64,000 bases of DNA from a virus. Shown piece after piece: positions 18,012-27,474 of the stretch (positions within the stretch are counted from its first letter, which is position 1; every line of letters begins with the position of its first letter). Under the pieces are notes generated by a model. The model was not told the DNA's origin. It searched no databases and saw nothing but the letters and a program-made list of their open reading frames with translations. Made by a program: the position numbers and the translations under genes. Location: positions 32,584 to 96,583 of the IMG/VR virus record IMGVR_UViG_3300034683_000092; one strand, written 5' to 3'.

Positions 18012-18833
18012 ATGGACAAGTTTATTAAAGTTCAAATGTTGGGTTCTGACCCAGAGTTTTTAATCAAAAATCAAAAAAGTAACAAATATATATCTTCTAT
18101 CGGGATTATCCCTGGTACAAAAGAGGAACCTCATAAAATTGAGGAGCTGGGCAAGGGTTACGCTATCGAGATAGATAACGTACTGGGGGAATTTAATATC
18201 CCACCTGCAAGTACAAAGGAGGAATTTGTTGCAAACATGAATAAGATGAAGTTATTTATTGATAAGTGGCTTAAATCTAAAGATGAAAATCTAATTGCAG
18301 TTCATTTAGCTTCTGCCAGATATGATGAAGATCAATTGCAATCAGAAGAAGCTAAGCTATTTGGTTGTGACCCAGATTTCTGTGCTTGGACGAGAAGTCA
18401 AAATGAAAAGCCAAAAGCGAAAGACACAAGACTTCGTTCAACAGGATGTCATATCCATGTATCTTTTGAAGATAAAGACATTGACAAGTGCGAAGTACTT
18501 GTTAAAGCAATGGATTTGTTTTTAGGAGTTCCATCCATACTAATGGATAAAGACAAAGATAGAAGACAACTCTATGGAAAAGCTGGATGTTTTAGAATTC
18601 AACAATATGGTGTTGAATATAGGACTTTATCTGGGTTCTTCCTTGGCAGCGATGAGCTTATTGGATGGATGTTTGACAACACAATGGCAGCTATCGATTG
18701 GATAAATAGTGATTTGTCTGCTGCTAGAATTGCATTAGAAGAAAACAGAGAGGAAATAATCTCTGCAATCAACAATGGAGATGAAGAAAAAGCATCTTCA
18801 TTAGTTCAGAAGTTCGGAATTAAATTAGTGTAA
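18012..18833 (+). CDS. phiEco32-like COOH-NH2 ligase type 2
   Basis: LGSDPEF, DNVLGEFNIPP, FGCDPD, RSTGCHIH, RRQLYGKAG.FR, YGVEYRTLS. Confidence 0.88.
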   Translation: MDKFIKVQMLGSDPEFLIKNQKSNKYISSIGIIPGTKEEPHKIEELGKGYAIEIDNVLGEFNIPPASTKEEFVANMNKMKLFIDKWLKSKDENLIAVHLASARYDEDQLQSEEAKLFGCDPDFCAWTRSQNEKPKAKDTRLRSTGCHIHVSFEDKDIDKCEVLVKAMDLFLGVPSILMDKDKDRRQLYGKAGCFRIQQYGVEYRTLSGFFLGSDELIGWMFDNTMAAIDWINSDLSAARIALEENREEIISAINNGDEEKASSLVQKFGIKLV

Positions 18834-18840
18834 AACATTA

Positions 18841-18864
18841 CGGCCTGTTGAAATATACAGGCCG
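18841..18864 (+). promoter_or_regulatory. GC-rich intergenic hairpin without U-tail (possible mRNA stability or processing element)
   Basis: CGGCCTGT-N8-ACAGGCCG. Confidence 0.45.
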
Positions 18865-18878
18865 CAAAACTTAAAAAT

Positions 18879-20444
18879 ATGATTATAACAAACTTTATTA
18901 TTTTAGCCGTATTGATTCATTCTATTATGGCATTCACACTTAAAGACAAAGTAAAATCAAACGCTTATTGTGGGCTGTTTGGATTCGTAGGAGGCGGTGG
19001 ATTCGATCTGTTCAGAATGTGTATTCTTGGCATTTATAATGACACAAGAGGCGGAGACTCAACAGGCGTATCCTTGGATGGCGTTCATTATGGATCTAAA
19101 GGTAATAAAAACAAGCTATTTAGAGCTTTTATCGCTGAAGAGAATCCATTTGACGAGTTAGCAATGAGACCCAAGGTAGCATTAGGACATTGTAGAAAAG
19201 CTTCTGTTGGTGGAATTGGGGAAGCGCAAGCACAGCCAGTGTATATAAAAGAAGGTGACAAAGTGAAATTTGTTATGATTCATAATGGTACTTTAGTTAA
19301 TTATAAAGAATTAGCTAAAAAGTACGAAGTAGAATATGAAGCCTCAGAAACGGATTCTCAGATATTTTGTAAAATAGTTTATAAAGCTGGATATAAAGTT
19401 CTTGGTGAATATATAGGCGCTGGAGCATTTGTGTTCCATGATCTTAGAATTAACAAGGTGTTTGCATTTAAAGGTAATAGTAAGATGTATAACAACTCTG
19501 CTAATACAGAGGATGAAAGGCCTTTTTATATTTTAAAATCTGGTGGTGGATATTATTTCTCATCAATAAAAGAGTCTTTAAGTGCTATTAGAAAAAACAA
19601 TGATGGAGATGTAATGACTATTAAAGTTAATACACTTACTGATTTGACTGGTGGTATTTTAGGTTATGCAAACACATACGATAGGGCTAATTTGCATCAG
19701 CTAGAATCCAAATATGGAATGTTTGACGACTACGGATGCAATACAGCTTTAATAAACAGGGGTGGAGGATACAATCCAAACAAAGAGGTTATTCTTACTT
19801 CAAAGTTAGAGCTAGAGGGAAATCATAAAAACACAGATTCATATATTACTCATGACGAAGATGGGTTTTATAATATTGGTGGAAAGCCTTTCACTGGAGC
19901 TATTTTGACAAGTACTGCTGGTTGGATTTATGACAGGAATGAAGGGTTTGGCAAATTGAATGGGCCTAAGTATAATGGAACTGTATTTGAGTCGTATTTC
20001 ATGCGTGGAATAAAAATGAATTCAAAAGTTGATTTTTACGCATGCAATTACTTTATTCGGAATTTTGTTGATAAATACGATTCGGATTTAAAGGATTTAT
20101 CAGAGGAAGAAAAGCAAGATCTTTTTGGGACTATCTTAGCGTTCTCAAATACGTCAGTAAAAATAGGCGGATTGTTTAAAACAGTTAAAAAAGGTGATTT
20201 AATAAATGCTTCTACTGTCTATCTAGTTCCACTATTCCAGTCTGGGCTGGAAAAGCATTATTATATTCTTTCTGGTAAAGTATACTCTTATAAAAAGGCT
20301 TCGATTTCTCAAAAAGATCTAATGAATACACCAAAGCATTCAATAGATGGAACGGCTGAATTAAATAAGATGTTAGAAAACAATAGTTCAGATAAAGAGC
20401 TTGAAGAATTTTATGTTAATTATATAAAACAAAATATAATATAA
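18879..20444 (+). CDS. Class II (Ntn) glutamine amidotransferase with a 30-aa leader
   Basis: CGLFG, RGGDSTG, GHCRKAS, AQP, HNGT, TDS. Confidence 0.88.
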   Translation: MIITNFIILAVLIHSIMAFTLKDKVKSNAYCGLFGFVGGGGFDLFRMCILGIYNDTRGGDSTGVSLDGVHYGSKGNKNKLFRAFIAEENPFDELAMRPKVALGHCRKASVGGIGEAQAQPVYIKEGDKVKFVMIHNGTLVNYKELAKKYEVEYEASETDSQIFCKIVYKAGYKVLGEYIGAGAFVFHDLRINKVFAFKGNSKMYNNSANTEDERPFYILKSGGGYYFSSIKESLSAIRKNNDGDVMTIKVNTLTDLTGGILGYANTYDRANLHQLESKYGMFDDYGCNTALINRGGGYNPNKEVILTSKLELEGNHKNTDSYITHDEDGFYNIGGKPFTGAILTSTAGWIYDRNEGFGKLNGPKYNGTVFESYFMRGIKMNSKVDFYACNYFIRNFVDKYDSDLKDLSEEEKQDLFGTILAFSNTSVKIGGLFKTVKKGDLINASTVYLVPLFQSGLEKHYYILSGKVYSYKKASISQKDLMNTPKHSIDGTAELNKMLENNSSDKELEEFYVNYIKQNII

Positions 20445-21856
20445 TGTTAGTAAAAACAATATCTAATAATGTAGTCGATAGAGCTGACTGCATCCAAATC
20501 AAAGATAAATTTTATCAAAAAGAAGTAGACTGTGTTAGACTCGAAGGAAAATGGTATTGGGTTAAAAGTCGAATGATTTATTTCAATGAAAGACTTGATA
20601 AATACAAGAAGGTGACTAACGATACTACTGACTTTTTTACTAAAAAAGATGGCGTTATTAAGATTGTAAGAGATGAATTGGAGCCTGGGGAGTCTGTTGA
20701 AGTTTCAATTAAAGGTTTTGGTGATGGAGTTGTATCTTCCAGGGACGAAGCCTTAAGGATGGATCTTGTTTATGATAATAGATGCGGTCGGTATGTAGAC
20801 CCAACCTATTTTCGTGAAAGAGGACTAACTGTAAACTCCAAAGATGCTATAAAAACTGGTAAGAAGCTTTATGCAACTCTTCCAGAGAAATATAATTCAT
20901 CTGACCTAATGGATAAGTTCAATGTGCCACAACGAGTAGCAAAATATAATCCAACGTCTTTTAATGTTCAAGAAAAACTTGGACTTGAATATTCATTTGG
21001 ATTTGAGTTTGAAACCAGTGGTGGAAACATCCCATTAGAAGAGCTTTATAGAACTGGGTTAATGCCTTTAAGAGATGGGTCTATTTCTGGACACGAGTAC
21101 ACTACTATTCCATTAATGGGGGATTTTGGTTTGTCTGTTTTAGAAAATCAGATAAATTTGCTAAATAAGTATACCATTATAGATAAAGAATGCTCAATGC
21201 ATATCCATCTAGGTGGTTATCCAATTAGTGAAAAAGCCATTATGTCTGCTTATCTTATGGCGGTAAATCTAGAACATGAGATCGGAACGCTATTCCCTAG
21301 ATATATATTTGAAACCCATAACTACAAGGCAAAAGGCAAAGACTATTGCAAGCAGCTTTATGGTGCATCAAGTATAAATGACATCTATAAGATACTATCT
21401 GCTGGATATTATAAAACATTTGGTGGAGATTTCACTCTTAATCATCCAAGCGATTCAGGCGATCAGCAGAAATGGAATATAGAGTATCGTTATTACTGGT
21501 TTAATCTTATTAATATGATGTTTAAAAATCATGGAAAGACGATTGAATTTAGAATCCATACTCCAACTCATAATGCAGATAAGATTTATGCATGGCTGCT
21601 AATAACATCTGCTATATTGAAATATGCAGAGGAGAATATCCCAGAAGTGTTAGACAGAGATAAGGCTTATGACTTATCTTATATTATAAAGAAGTCTGGG
21701 TATCCTTTGGAATTGCAGACTATTTTATTGGAATATATAAATTGGAGAGAAAGCTTTTGCAAAGAGATGGATCGTGTTGGTGATTACGCTGGAATAAGTG
21801 AGATCATTAACGATTCTCAAGAGTTTGGGCTTCTTAAATATTTGAAATCATTATAA
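20444..21856 (+). CDS. Amidoligase_2-like (glutamine-synthetase-fold) enzyme
   Basis: FGFEFE, RDGSI..HEYTT, CSMHIH, YYWFN, TIEFR.H. Confidence 0.85.
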   Translation: MLVKTISNNVVDRADCIQIKDKFYQKEVDCVRLEGKWYWVKSRMIYFNERLDKYKKVTNDTTDFFTKKDGVIKIVRDELEPGESVEVSIKGFGDGVVSSRDEALRMDLVYDNRCGRYVDPTYFRERGLTVNSKDAIKTGKKLYATLPEKYNSSDLMDKFNVPQRVAKYNPTSFNVQEKLGLEYSFGFEFETSGGNIPLEELYRTGLMPLRDGSISGHEYTTIPLMGDFGLSVLENQINLLNKYTIIDKECSMHIHLGGYPISEKAIMSAYLMAVNLEHEIGTLFPRYIFETHNYKAKGKDYCKQLYGASSINDIYKILSAGYYKTFGGDFTLNHPSDSGDQQKWNIEYRYYWFNLINMMFKNHGKTIEFRIHTPTHNADKIYAWLLITSAILKYAEENIPEVLDRDKAYDLSYIIKKSGYPLELQTILLEYINWRESFCKEMDRVGDYAGISEIINDSQEFGLLKYLKSL

Positions 21857-21857
21857 A

Positions 21858-22559
21858 ATGGCTGCACCAGTAAATGCGCAGAAGCATGTTTACGACGGTG
21901 TTAAATTCGATAGCGGTCTAGAGGTTTTTTGCTATAAACAGCTTAAAGCCTCTGGCATCGCTTTTGAATATAATACTATGTCATTCGTGCTAGCGGACTC
22001 TTTTAGACCAGATAACGTTTTGATATATAAATACAATAAAGAGCATGGGTTTATATGTAGAAATCAAGCGGAACGAGGTCAGATCTATACTCCAGACTTT
22101 GTGATAAAGGATGGAAATAGAATTTTTATAATAGAATGTAAAGGCAGAGCTAATGAAAGATACCCTTTAATGAGAAAAGCGTTCTTTAGAATGATGGACT
22201 TAGATAACAATAACAGGTATTTCTTTTTTGAGCCAGCCAATAACAAACAAGTAATAAGCACAATCGAGACGATTATGAGTAAATTAAATCTAATTAAAAA
22301 CGGTCTTCTTTTAGTAAAAGACAATTTGTCTAAAAAGGATTTTCTTCTTTTAAATAATCTTTTAGATGATCGAAAGTTTGTTGACTTTATAGAGTTAACA
22401 AGAGCGATGCTCAGAAAAGAAAAAGGCAAACCAAGAGAAGAAAGAGATAAGATGTTTATTTTTAACCTTGAAAACACTATTTTTGAGACTACAGAGTATT
22501 ATAAACAAACACTTCCTCAAGACGAAGAAGATATATTAGAAAGCTATGATGAACTTTAA
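21858..22559 (+). CDS. PD-(D/E)xK endonuclease (T7 endonuclease I/DUF1064-like) with C-terminal extension
   Basis: FDSGLE, YTPDF, IECKG. Confidence 0.8.
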   Translation: MAAPVNAQKHVYDGVKFDSGLEVFCYKQLKASGIAFEYNTMSFVLADSFRPDNVLIYKYNKEHGFICRNQAERGQIYTPDFVIKDGNRIFIIECKGRANERYPLMRKAFFRMMDLDNNNRYFFFEPANNKQVISTIETIMSKLNLIKNGLLLVKDNLSKKDFLLLNNLLDDRKFVDFIELTRAMLRKEKGKPREERDKMFIFNLENTIFETTEYYKQTLPQDEEDILESYDEL

Positions 22560-23571
22560 GGATATTTCGTGGCAAGTTACAGAGCCAGAGTATAGAGCCT
22601 CTAAAAACTTGTCTTACTCAACGCTAGCGACCTTTTTAAGAGAAGGATTACCTGGGCTAAAAAGAACGCTAGATGGAGAGAAGAAAAGCTCTTCGTCATT
22701 GCTTTTTGGCAGCTTGTTTGATACAATGCTAACAGGCGCAGAAGATTTTGACAAGTTGTTCTTAGTTGGTGATTTTAAACAGCCAACACAGGCAGTGTTA
22801 AATATAATAAATGAATTGTTTAGTAAATACAAACAAGCTGATGACTTTGAGAAAATAAGACTATCTAGTCTCTCTGGATTTACAAAAGAGGAAGTTATAG
22901 CTGCATGCAACAAGTATGATTATTACTCTAGAGCTAAAGACGATACCCGCATAGGGTATATAAGCGGAGCAAAAGACTATTATTCAATGCTTGTTTTGTC
23001 AGAAGATAAATCTGTTGTTTCAAAAGAGGATTTTCAATCGGCTGTAGACTGCATCAAAGCTGTTAAGTCATCGAATTTCACGAAATGGATATTTGATGGA
23101 ACTTATGAATTGCATTATCAATTGAAATTTAAGTTAGATGGAGTTTTTAATATAAGATGTATGTTTGACATAATACTAGTAGATTATGAAAACAAGCAAA
23201 TATTCCCAATTGATTTAAAAACATCTTCTCATCAAGAGATTGAGTTTTATAAATCCTTTTATGAGTGGAGTTATTATATACAAAGTTCTATGTATTCTTT
23301 TATTTTAAGAGAATCAATAAAGAATACTCCATTTGCAGATTTCAAGGTAATGCCGTTTATGTTTTTACCTATAAACAGATATACTAGATCTCCTTTATTG
23401 TGGATTGATTCAAAATCAATACTAGAAGACCCAAGCTATTTCTATTTAAATGGGAACAAAATACCGTCTTGGAAAGAACTGTATGAAAACGCTTTGTATG
23501 CTATTAAAAACAATGAGTTTCATTATACGAGAGAGATTATTGAAAATAAAGGTTTCATGGAATTAAAATAA
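22546..23571 (+). CDS. PD-(D/E)xK exonuclease (RecE/DUF3799-like)
   Basis: LSYSTL, FGSLFD, CMFD, IDLKT, YYIQxxxY. Confidence 0.8.
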   Translation: MMNFKDISWQVTEPEYRASKNLSYSTLATFLREGLPGLKRTLDGEKKSSSSLLFGSLFDTMLTGAEDFDKLFLVGDFKQPTQAVLNIINELFSKYKQADDFEKIRLSSLSGFTKEEVIAACNKYDYYSRAKDDTRIGYISGAKDYYSMLVLSEDKSVVSKEDFQSAVDCIKAVKSSNFTKWIFDGTYELHYQLKFKLDGVFNIRCMFDIILVDYENKQIFPIDLKTSSHQEIEFYKSFYEWSYYIQSSMYSFILRESIKNTPFADFKVMPFMFLPINRYTRSPLLWIDSKSILEDPSYFYLNGNKIPSWKELYENALYAIKNNEFHYTREIIENKGFMELK

Positions 23572-23579
23572 ATAAAAAT

Positions 23580-24071
23580 ATGATAATACTACTAATAATT
23601 ACAATTTGCTTATGGGTTTGGTTATGCTTTTCAGTTTTGCCAATTAAGAAAAAACAAATCAATTTAATATCTTCAAACAAAAAAGAAGACGATCTGTTAT
23701 TACCGATCATAGATATTGAGATAGCTGGAATAAAAACAAAAGCTATAATTGACACAGGTTCTTCTTTGAATATAATCAATAAGCATTTTGCGATGAAGAA
23801 TAATTTATTTGTTGATTATGCAAAAGAAAAAGAAGTAGACAGCTTTTTAACAGCGCAAGGAGAGACATCTACAGATGGTGTTTTGGCTTGTCAAACTGTT
23901 ATAAACAATGATTTTATGAGAGATCTTGAATTCGTTGTTTATGACATGCAAAGAGCTATGGACGCTATCAGCGAGTCAATAAACAGCGAGGTGTCTATAA
24001 TACTTGGTGTTGAAGCTATTAAGAAATTTAATATAACTATTAAAATGAATGAAGGAGTTATTATTTTATAA
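23580..24071 (+). CDS. Membrane-anchored retropepsin-like aspartyl protease
   Basis: N-terminal TM; IIDTGSS catalytic motif; IILG. Confidence 0.82.
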   Translation: MIILLIITICLWVWLCFSVLPIKKKQINLISSNKKEDDLLLPIIDIEIAGIKTKAIIDTGSSLNIINKHFAMKNNLFVDYAKEKEVDSFLTAQGETSTDGVLACQTVINNDFMRDLEFVVYDMQRAMDAISESINSEVSIILGVEAIKKFNITIKMNEGVIIL

Positions 24072-25449
24072 CGCTAGAATTGATAATCAAGGATTAGCGA
24101 TTTGTGTTTCAAATAAAGATAAAGTTGTTAAATTCACGATCAATGAGAATCAAAATGATATAAATGGTATTGTGAGTTTGTTCTCAAGCGACAGATATAT
24201 ATTTGTGGGATTCGGAAATCAAAGACTTGAAAATCCATGGATAAATTCATTGATAGCTAACTATTCAATGATTGTAAAAGAGAATCTATCATTTCCTCAA
24301 ATAATTGAGGAGATGGATAGGCTCTCTAGAGAAATAGAACATGGAGAAGTCCCTGAAGAAAAGTATATGAGGTTTTTTGAATACATAGATTTATCTTGCA
24401 CTGAGAAGTTTAAAGACTTTAATAAGGGAGTTTTAGATCAAGCTGAAGAGTTGAAAGTTATACAAAGGATGTATATTGAATCTAAAAACTATATTAGTTT
24501 TGCTAATTATATAAAAAACAAATATAGACTGGCAGATATAAATATGCATCCGCACAAACTTATTCAAGCTGCTTTAATAAATTTCATTGCCGTAGAAACG
24601 TTTAGCACTGTATCTGAAACATACAGGCGTATTAAGAAGATCAAGCCATTGCCTCGAATGATAGAATGCTTGGTCAACCCGCCAATGAGAGAGTCATTAA
24701 GAAAAATGCTAGAGGTTAGGGCTGCCAATATACGCATTGGTAGTTATGAAATTTATACGAGCAATTCAGTAATAAGATATTGCAAAGGATCTTTTAAGCT
24801 AGACGAGGAGTCGGATGACATTGTCGTTCAATTAGATGTGAATAGATTCTATCCATCTATTGTTGTCAATAATGAAATCTACCCGTGGTCGTGCGGAGAT
24901 TATTTCATAAAGGCTTTTAAAGAGCTCTACGACGAGATCTCTTCGCCAGCGTGTTATGGCAACAAAGATGGATATAAGCTTCTTAAAACAGGCTTAAATT
25001 CAATCTGCGGGAGCATTGGCAATGGACAGAGTATCTTATTTGACGAAGTAGCTAGAAAAGCGATCATTGATTTCTCAAAGAAATACATATTATCATTAGT
25101 TGATATGATACTATTCAATGATTTTGATGTTATAGCTATTAATACTGATGCAGTATTTATACGTGTTAATAAAAACAAATTAGAGCTATTAAAGAAGTGC
25201 ATTAAAATTTGGGAGTCAAAATCAAAATTATCATTAAAGATAAAAGAGTATTCTTTTTTCGTTATGAGGAATGAATGCGAATACATTGGTCTTTCAGATG
25301 ATGATTTTGAATATGAGATTAAAGGAAATTTGTTTAATGATAAAGATGTATTTGATTACTTCGTTAACAAATGCAAACCCAATCAAAAGAATAAAGCTCT
25401 AATGAAGTTTTTAAATAGTTTAAACCCTAAACAATTAAGTTTATTTTGA
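24049..25449 (+). CDS. Degenerate, compact family-B DNA polymerase
   Basis: Motif A DVNRFYPS, motif B KTGLNSICG, motif C NTDA; exonuclease acidic residues not recognisable; only 466 aa. Confidence 0.78.
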   Translation: MKELLFYNARIDNQGLAICVSNKDKVVKFTINENQNDINGIVSLFSSDRYIFVGFGNQRLENPWINSLIANYSMIVKENLSFPQIIEEMDRLSREIEHGEVPEEKYMRFFEYIDLSCTEKFKDFNKGVLDQAEELKVIQRMYIESKNYISFANYIKNKYRLADINMHPHKLIQAALINFIAVETFSTVSETYRRIKKIKPLPRMIECLVNPPMRESLRKMLEVRAANIRIGSYEIYTSNSVIRYCKGSFKLDEESDDIVVQLDVNRFYPSIVVNNEIYPWSCGDYFIKAFKELYDEISSPACYGNKDGYKLLKTGLNSICGSIGNGQSILFDEVARKAIIDFSKKYILSLVDMILFNDFDVIAINTDAVFIRVNKNKLELLKKCIKIWESKSKLSLKIKEYSFFVMRNECEYIGLSDDDFEYEIKGNLFNDKDVFDYFVNKCKPNQKNKALMKFLNSLNPKQLSLF

Positions 25450-25628
25450 TGAAAATACAAAAGAATGAATCAGTGATAATGTCTTTTGAGGGTAGAAAAG
25501 AGATTTTGTTGTTAAATAGAATATTAACTGCTTTACTTGAAGACAAGGTTGGATTTAAAAACAATTTATTAAATGAGAAAGAGAAGGATTTTGTTAAAAA
25601 CATAAAAAAAGATATAGATGGAAAATAA
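25446..25628 (+). CDS. Small hypothetical protein
   Basis: Fills the gap and overlaps both neighbours; start uncertain. Confidence 0.55.
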   Translation: MMKIQKNESVIMSFEGRKEILLLNRILTALLEDKVGFKNNLLNEKEKDFVKNIKKDIDGK

Positions 25629-26223
25629 TATATTTATATTTAGTGACCCGCATTTTGGTCATAAAAATATAGTAAGATCAGTATCTTCTTGGGATGATAA
25701 GTCTGGATGTAGAGATTTTAATTCCATTGAAGAAATGAATGAAACAATTGTAAAAAACATAAATAGCACTGTTTCTGAAAACGACTTTCTGTTTTGTTTA
25801 GGTGATTGGTCTTTTGGAGGTCAAGCTAATATTTCTAAATACAGAAATATGATAAACGTAAAAGAAATAAGTTTAATACCAGGAAATCACGACGACAAAT
25901 TGGTAAGTCTAATAAGGACAGATCCATTAGTTAGATCGTCATTTGTCTTATGTAGAGATATAACTATATTTAAATGTCATGGATGCATATTTGTTTTGTC
26001 TCACATGCCAGTAAGAGATGACATTGTTGATAAGCTATTAAATGGTAGAAATATCGACAATACGCCTATTATATTAATTAATGGGCATCTTCATGGGAGT
26101 AAATATCCTGATAACGGATTTAAACGATATTTCAGGCTAGACGCATCAATTGAAACTAATAATTATCTTCCTTACAATATTCTTGATATAATTAAACTAT
26201 ACAATGAGTCAGAGTATATTTAA
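25618..26223 (+). CDS. Calcineurin-like metallophosphoesterase
   Basis: SDPHFGH, LGD, GNHD, SH.P, GHLH. Confidence 0.9.
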   Translation: MENNIFIFSDPHFGHKNIVRSVSSWDDKSGCRDFNSIEEMNETIVKNINSTVSENDFLFCLGDWSFGGQANISKYRNMINVKEISLIPGNHDDKLVSLIRTDPLVRSSFVLCRDITIFKCHGCIFVLSHMPVRDDIVDKLLNGRNIDNTPIILINGHLHGSKYPDNGFKRYFRLDASIETNNYLPYNILDIIKLYNESEYI

Positions 26224-26647
26224 AAAAGGGATGTATTTTAGACGCAAAGACGGAGCTTTGTTTATTAAACGAGGCTCCGTTTACTTGTCTAGAAGATACC
26301 CTCTTAGAAGTACTGAGAATAGGTTATTAGAAATACATTCTATAGAGAACTCAGAAGATTATACTATAATTAAAAAAATACAGTATAATCAGATGATGAA
26401 CAATTTATTTAATAATAATAAGCTATTAAATAAAGATGATAAATACAAACCTGGAGGCGTATTAGAGGATGATATTTCTGAGAAAGATCTACCAGAACAC
26501 GTATTCCATCAAGGTAAACTATGGGATGTAGAGAAAAACTGGTTTAGATATGGAAGACTAATGCTTCGTATTGGTAATAATATGAAGATTACAAAACTAA
26601 AAAACTGTAGGTATGCATGCTTGAAGAAAAAAGAAATAACGGACTAA
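26204..26647 (+). CDS. Hypothetical protein
   Basis: 147-aa ORF. Confidence 0.65.
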   Translation: MSQSIFKKGMYFRRKDGALFIKRGSVYLSRRYPLRSTENRLLEIHSIENSEDYTIIKKIQYNQMMNNLFNNNKLLNKDDKYKPGGVLEDDISEKDLPEHVFHQGKLWDVEKNWFRYGRLMLRIGNNMKITKLKNCRYACLKKKEITD

Positions 26648-26937
26648 AAAATGATTTAGCAGAAGATAAACTCAGATGGGATCTTCTGCCCATCGAAGAA
26701 ATAGAAGAACTAGTAGATGTTCTAACTAAAGGCGCTAAAAAGTATGCTGACAATAGCTGGCAAGAACTACCAAATGGAGTCGAGAGATATAAAGCTGCTT
26801 TAATGAGGCATCTAGTCGAATGGTGGAAAGGTAATGAGATAGATAATGGTGTTGGAGGAATTGGAGTTAGACATATAGCTCAAGTAGCAGTAAACGCTAT
26901 ATTTTTAATGTATTTAACTAAACATAATCCAAAATAA
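26617..26937 (+). CDS. dATP/dGTP diphosphohydrolase-like protein (DUF5664)
   Basis: KND...KLRWDLLP, VLTKGAKKY...W, RYxAALMRH, HIAQVAVNA. Confidence 0.82.
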   Translation: MLEEKRNNGLKNDLAEDKLRWDLLPIEEIEELVDVLTKGAKKYADNSWQELPNGVERYKAALMRHLVEWWKGNEIDNGVGGIGVRHIAQVAVNAIFLMYLTKHNPK

Positions 26938-26947
26938 TATTAATATT

Positions 26948-27469
26948 ATGGAAATAAAAACTGTAAAAATAGAAAGAAATTACTATATAGCAGATGACGG
27001 AAAACGTTTTGAACACGAAGACGATTGCACTGCTTATGAAAGAAGGGTATTATTAGGCATAAAAGAAATAGAGGATGCTACTTTTTTAAATCTTTATTTA
27101 GATATAGATCCAAATAGTTATGACAACGAAGTAATACCATATATATTTACGGCAAACTCAAATTACTCAATGCTTGACTATTATTTCGCTTGCCAAATGG
27201 ATAAAAAGTCTTATGATTTTTACAAACTTGGAATAAAGACCTTTGATCTCCTGTGTAATAAACACGAAGCTCCAGAACATCTAAAAAAGGATATTATTGA
27301 TGACGTTCAATTGATCCCTGGTAAAAAGTATATATTAGTTTATCATAAATATGGCGGAGAGCATATTGAATCATACGGATATGACGATTGCGTCATTCTG
27401 GATGAACTTGACCGTGTAATAGACCACACGAACATTTGGATTAACAATGCGTTTTATTTAAATAAATAA
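26948..27469 (+). CDS. Hypothetical protein
   Basis: N-terminal YIADDGKRF...C..YE motif common in phage hypotheticals. Confidence 0.7.
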   Translation: MEIKTVKIERNYYIADDGKRFEHEDDCTAYERRVLLGIKEIEDATFLNLYLDIDPNSYDNEVIPYIFTANSNYSMLDYYFACQMDKKSYDFYKLGIKTFDLLCNKHEAPEHLKKDIIDDVQLIPGKKYILVYHKYGGEHIESYGYDDCVILDELDRVIDHTNIWINNAFYLNK

Positions 27470-27474
27470 TTATT

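Noticed and set aside
26617-26937. Evidence of a Z-base or 7-deazaguanine DNA modification pathway
   Set aside because: DUF5664 alone is insufficient; no PurZ, QueC/D/E, FolE or DpdA genes were recognised in the window.
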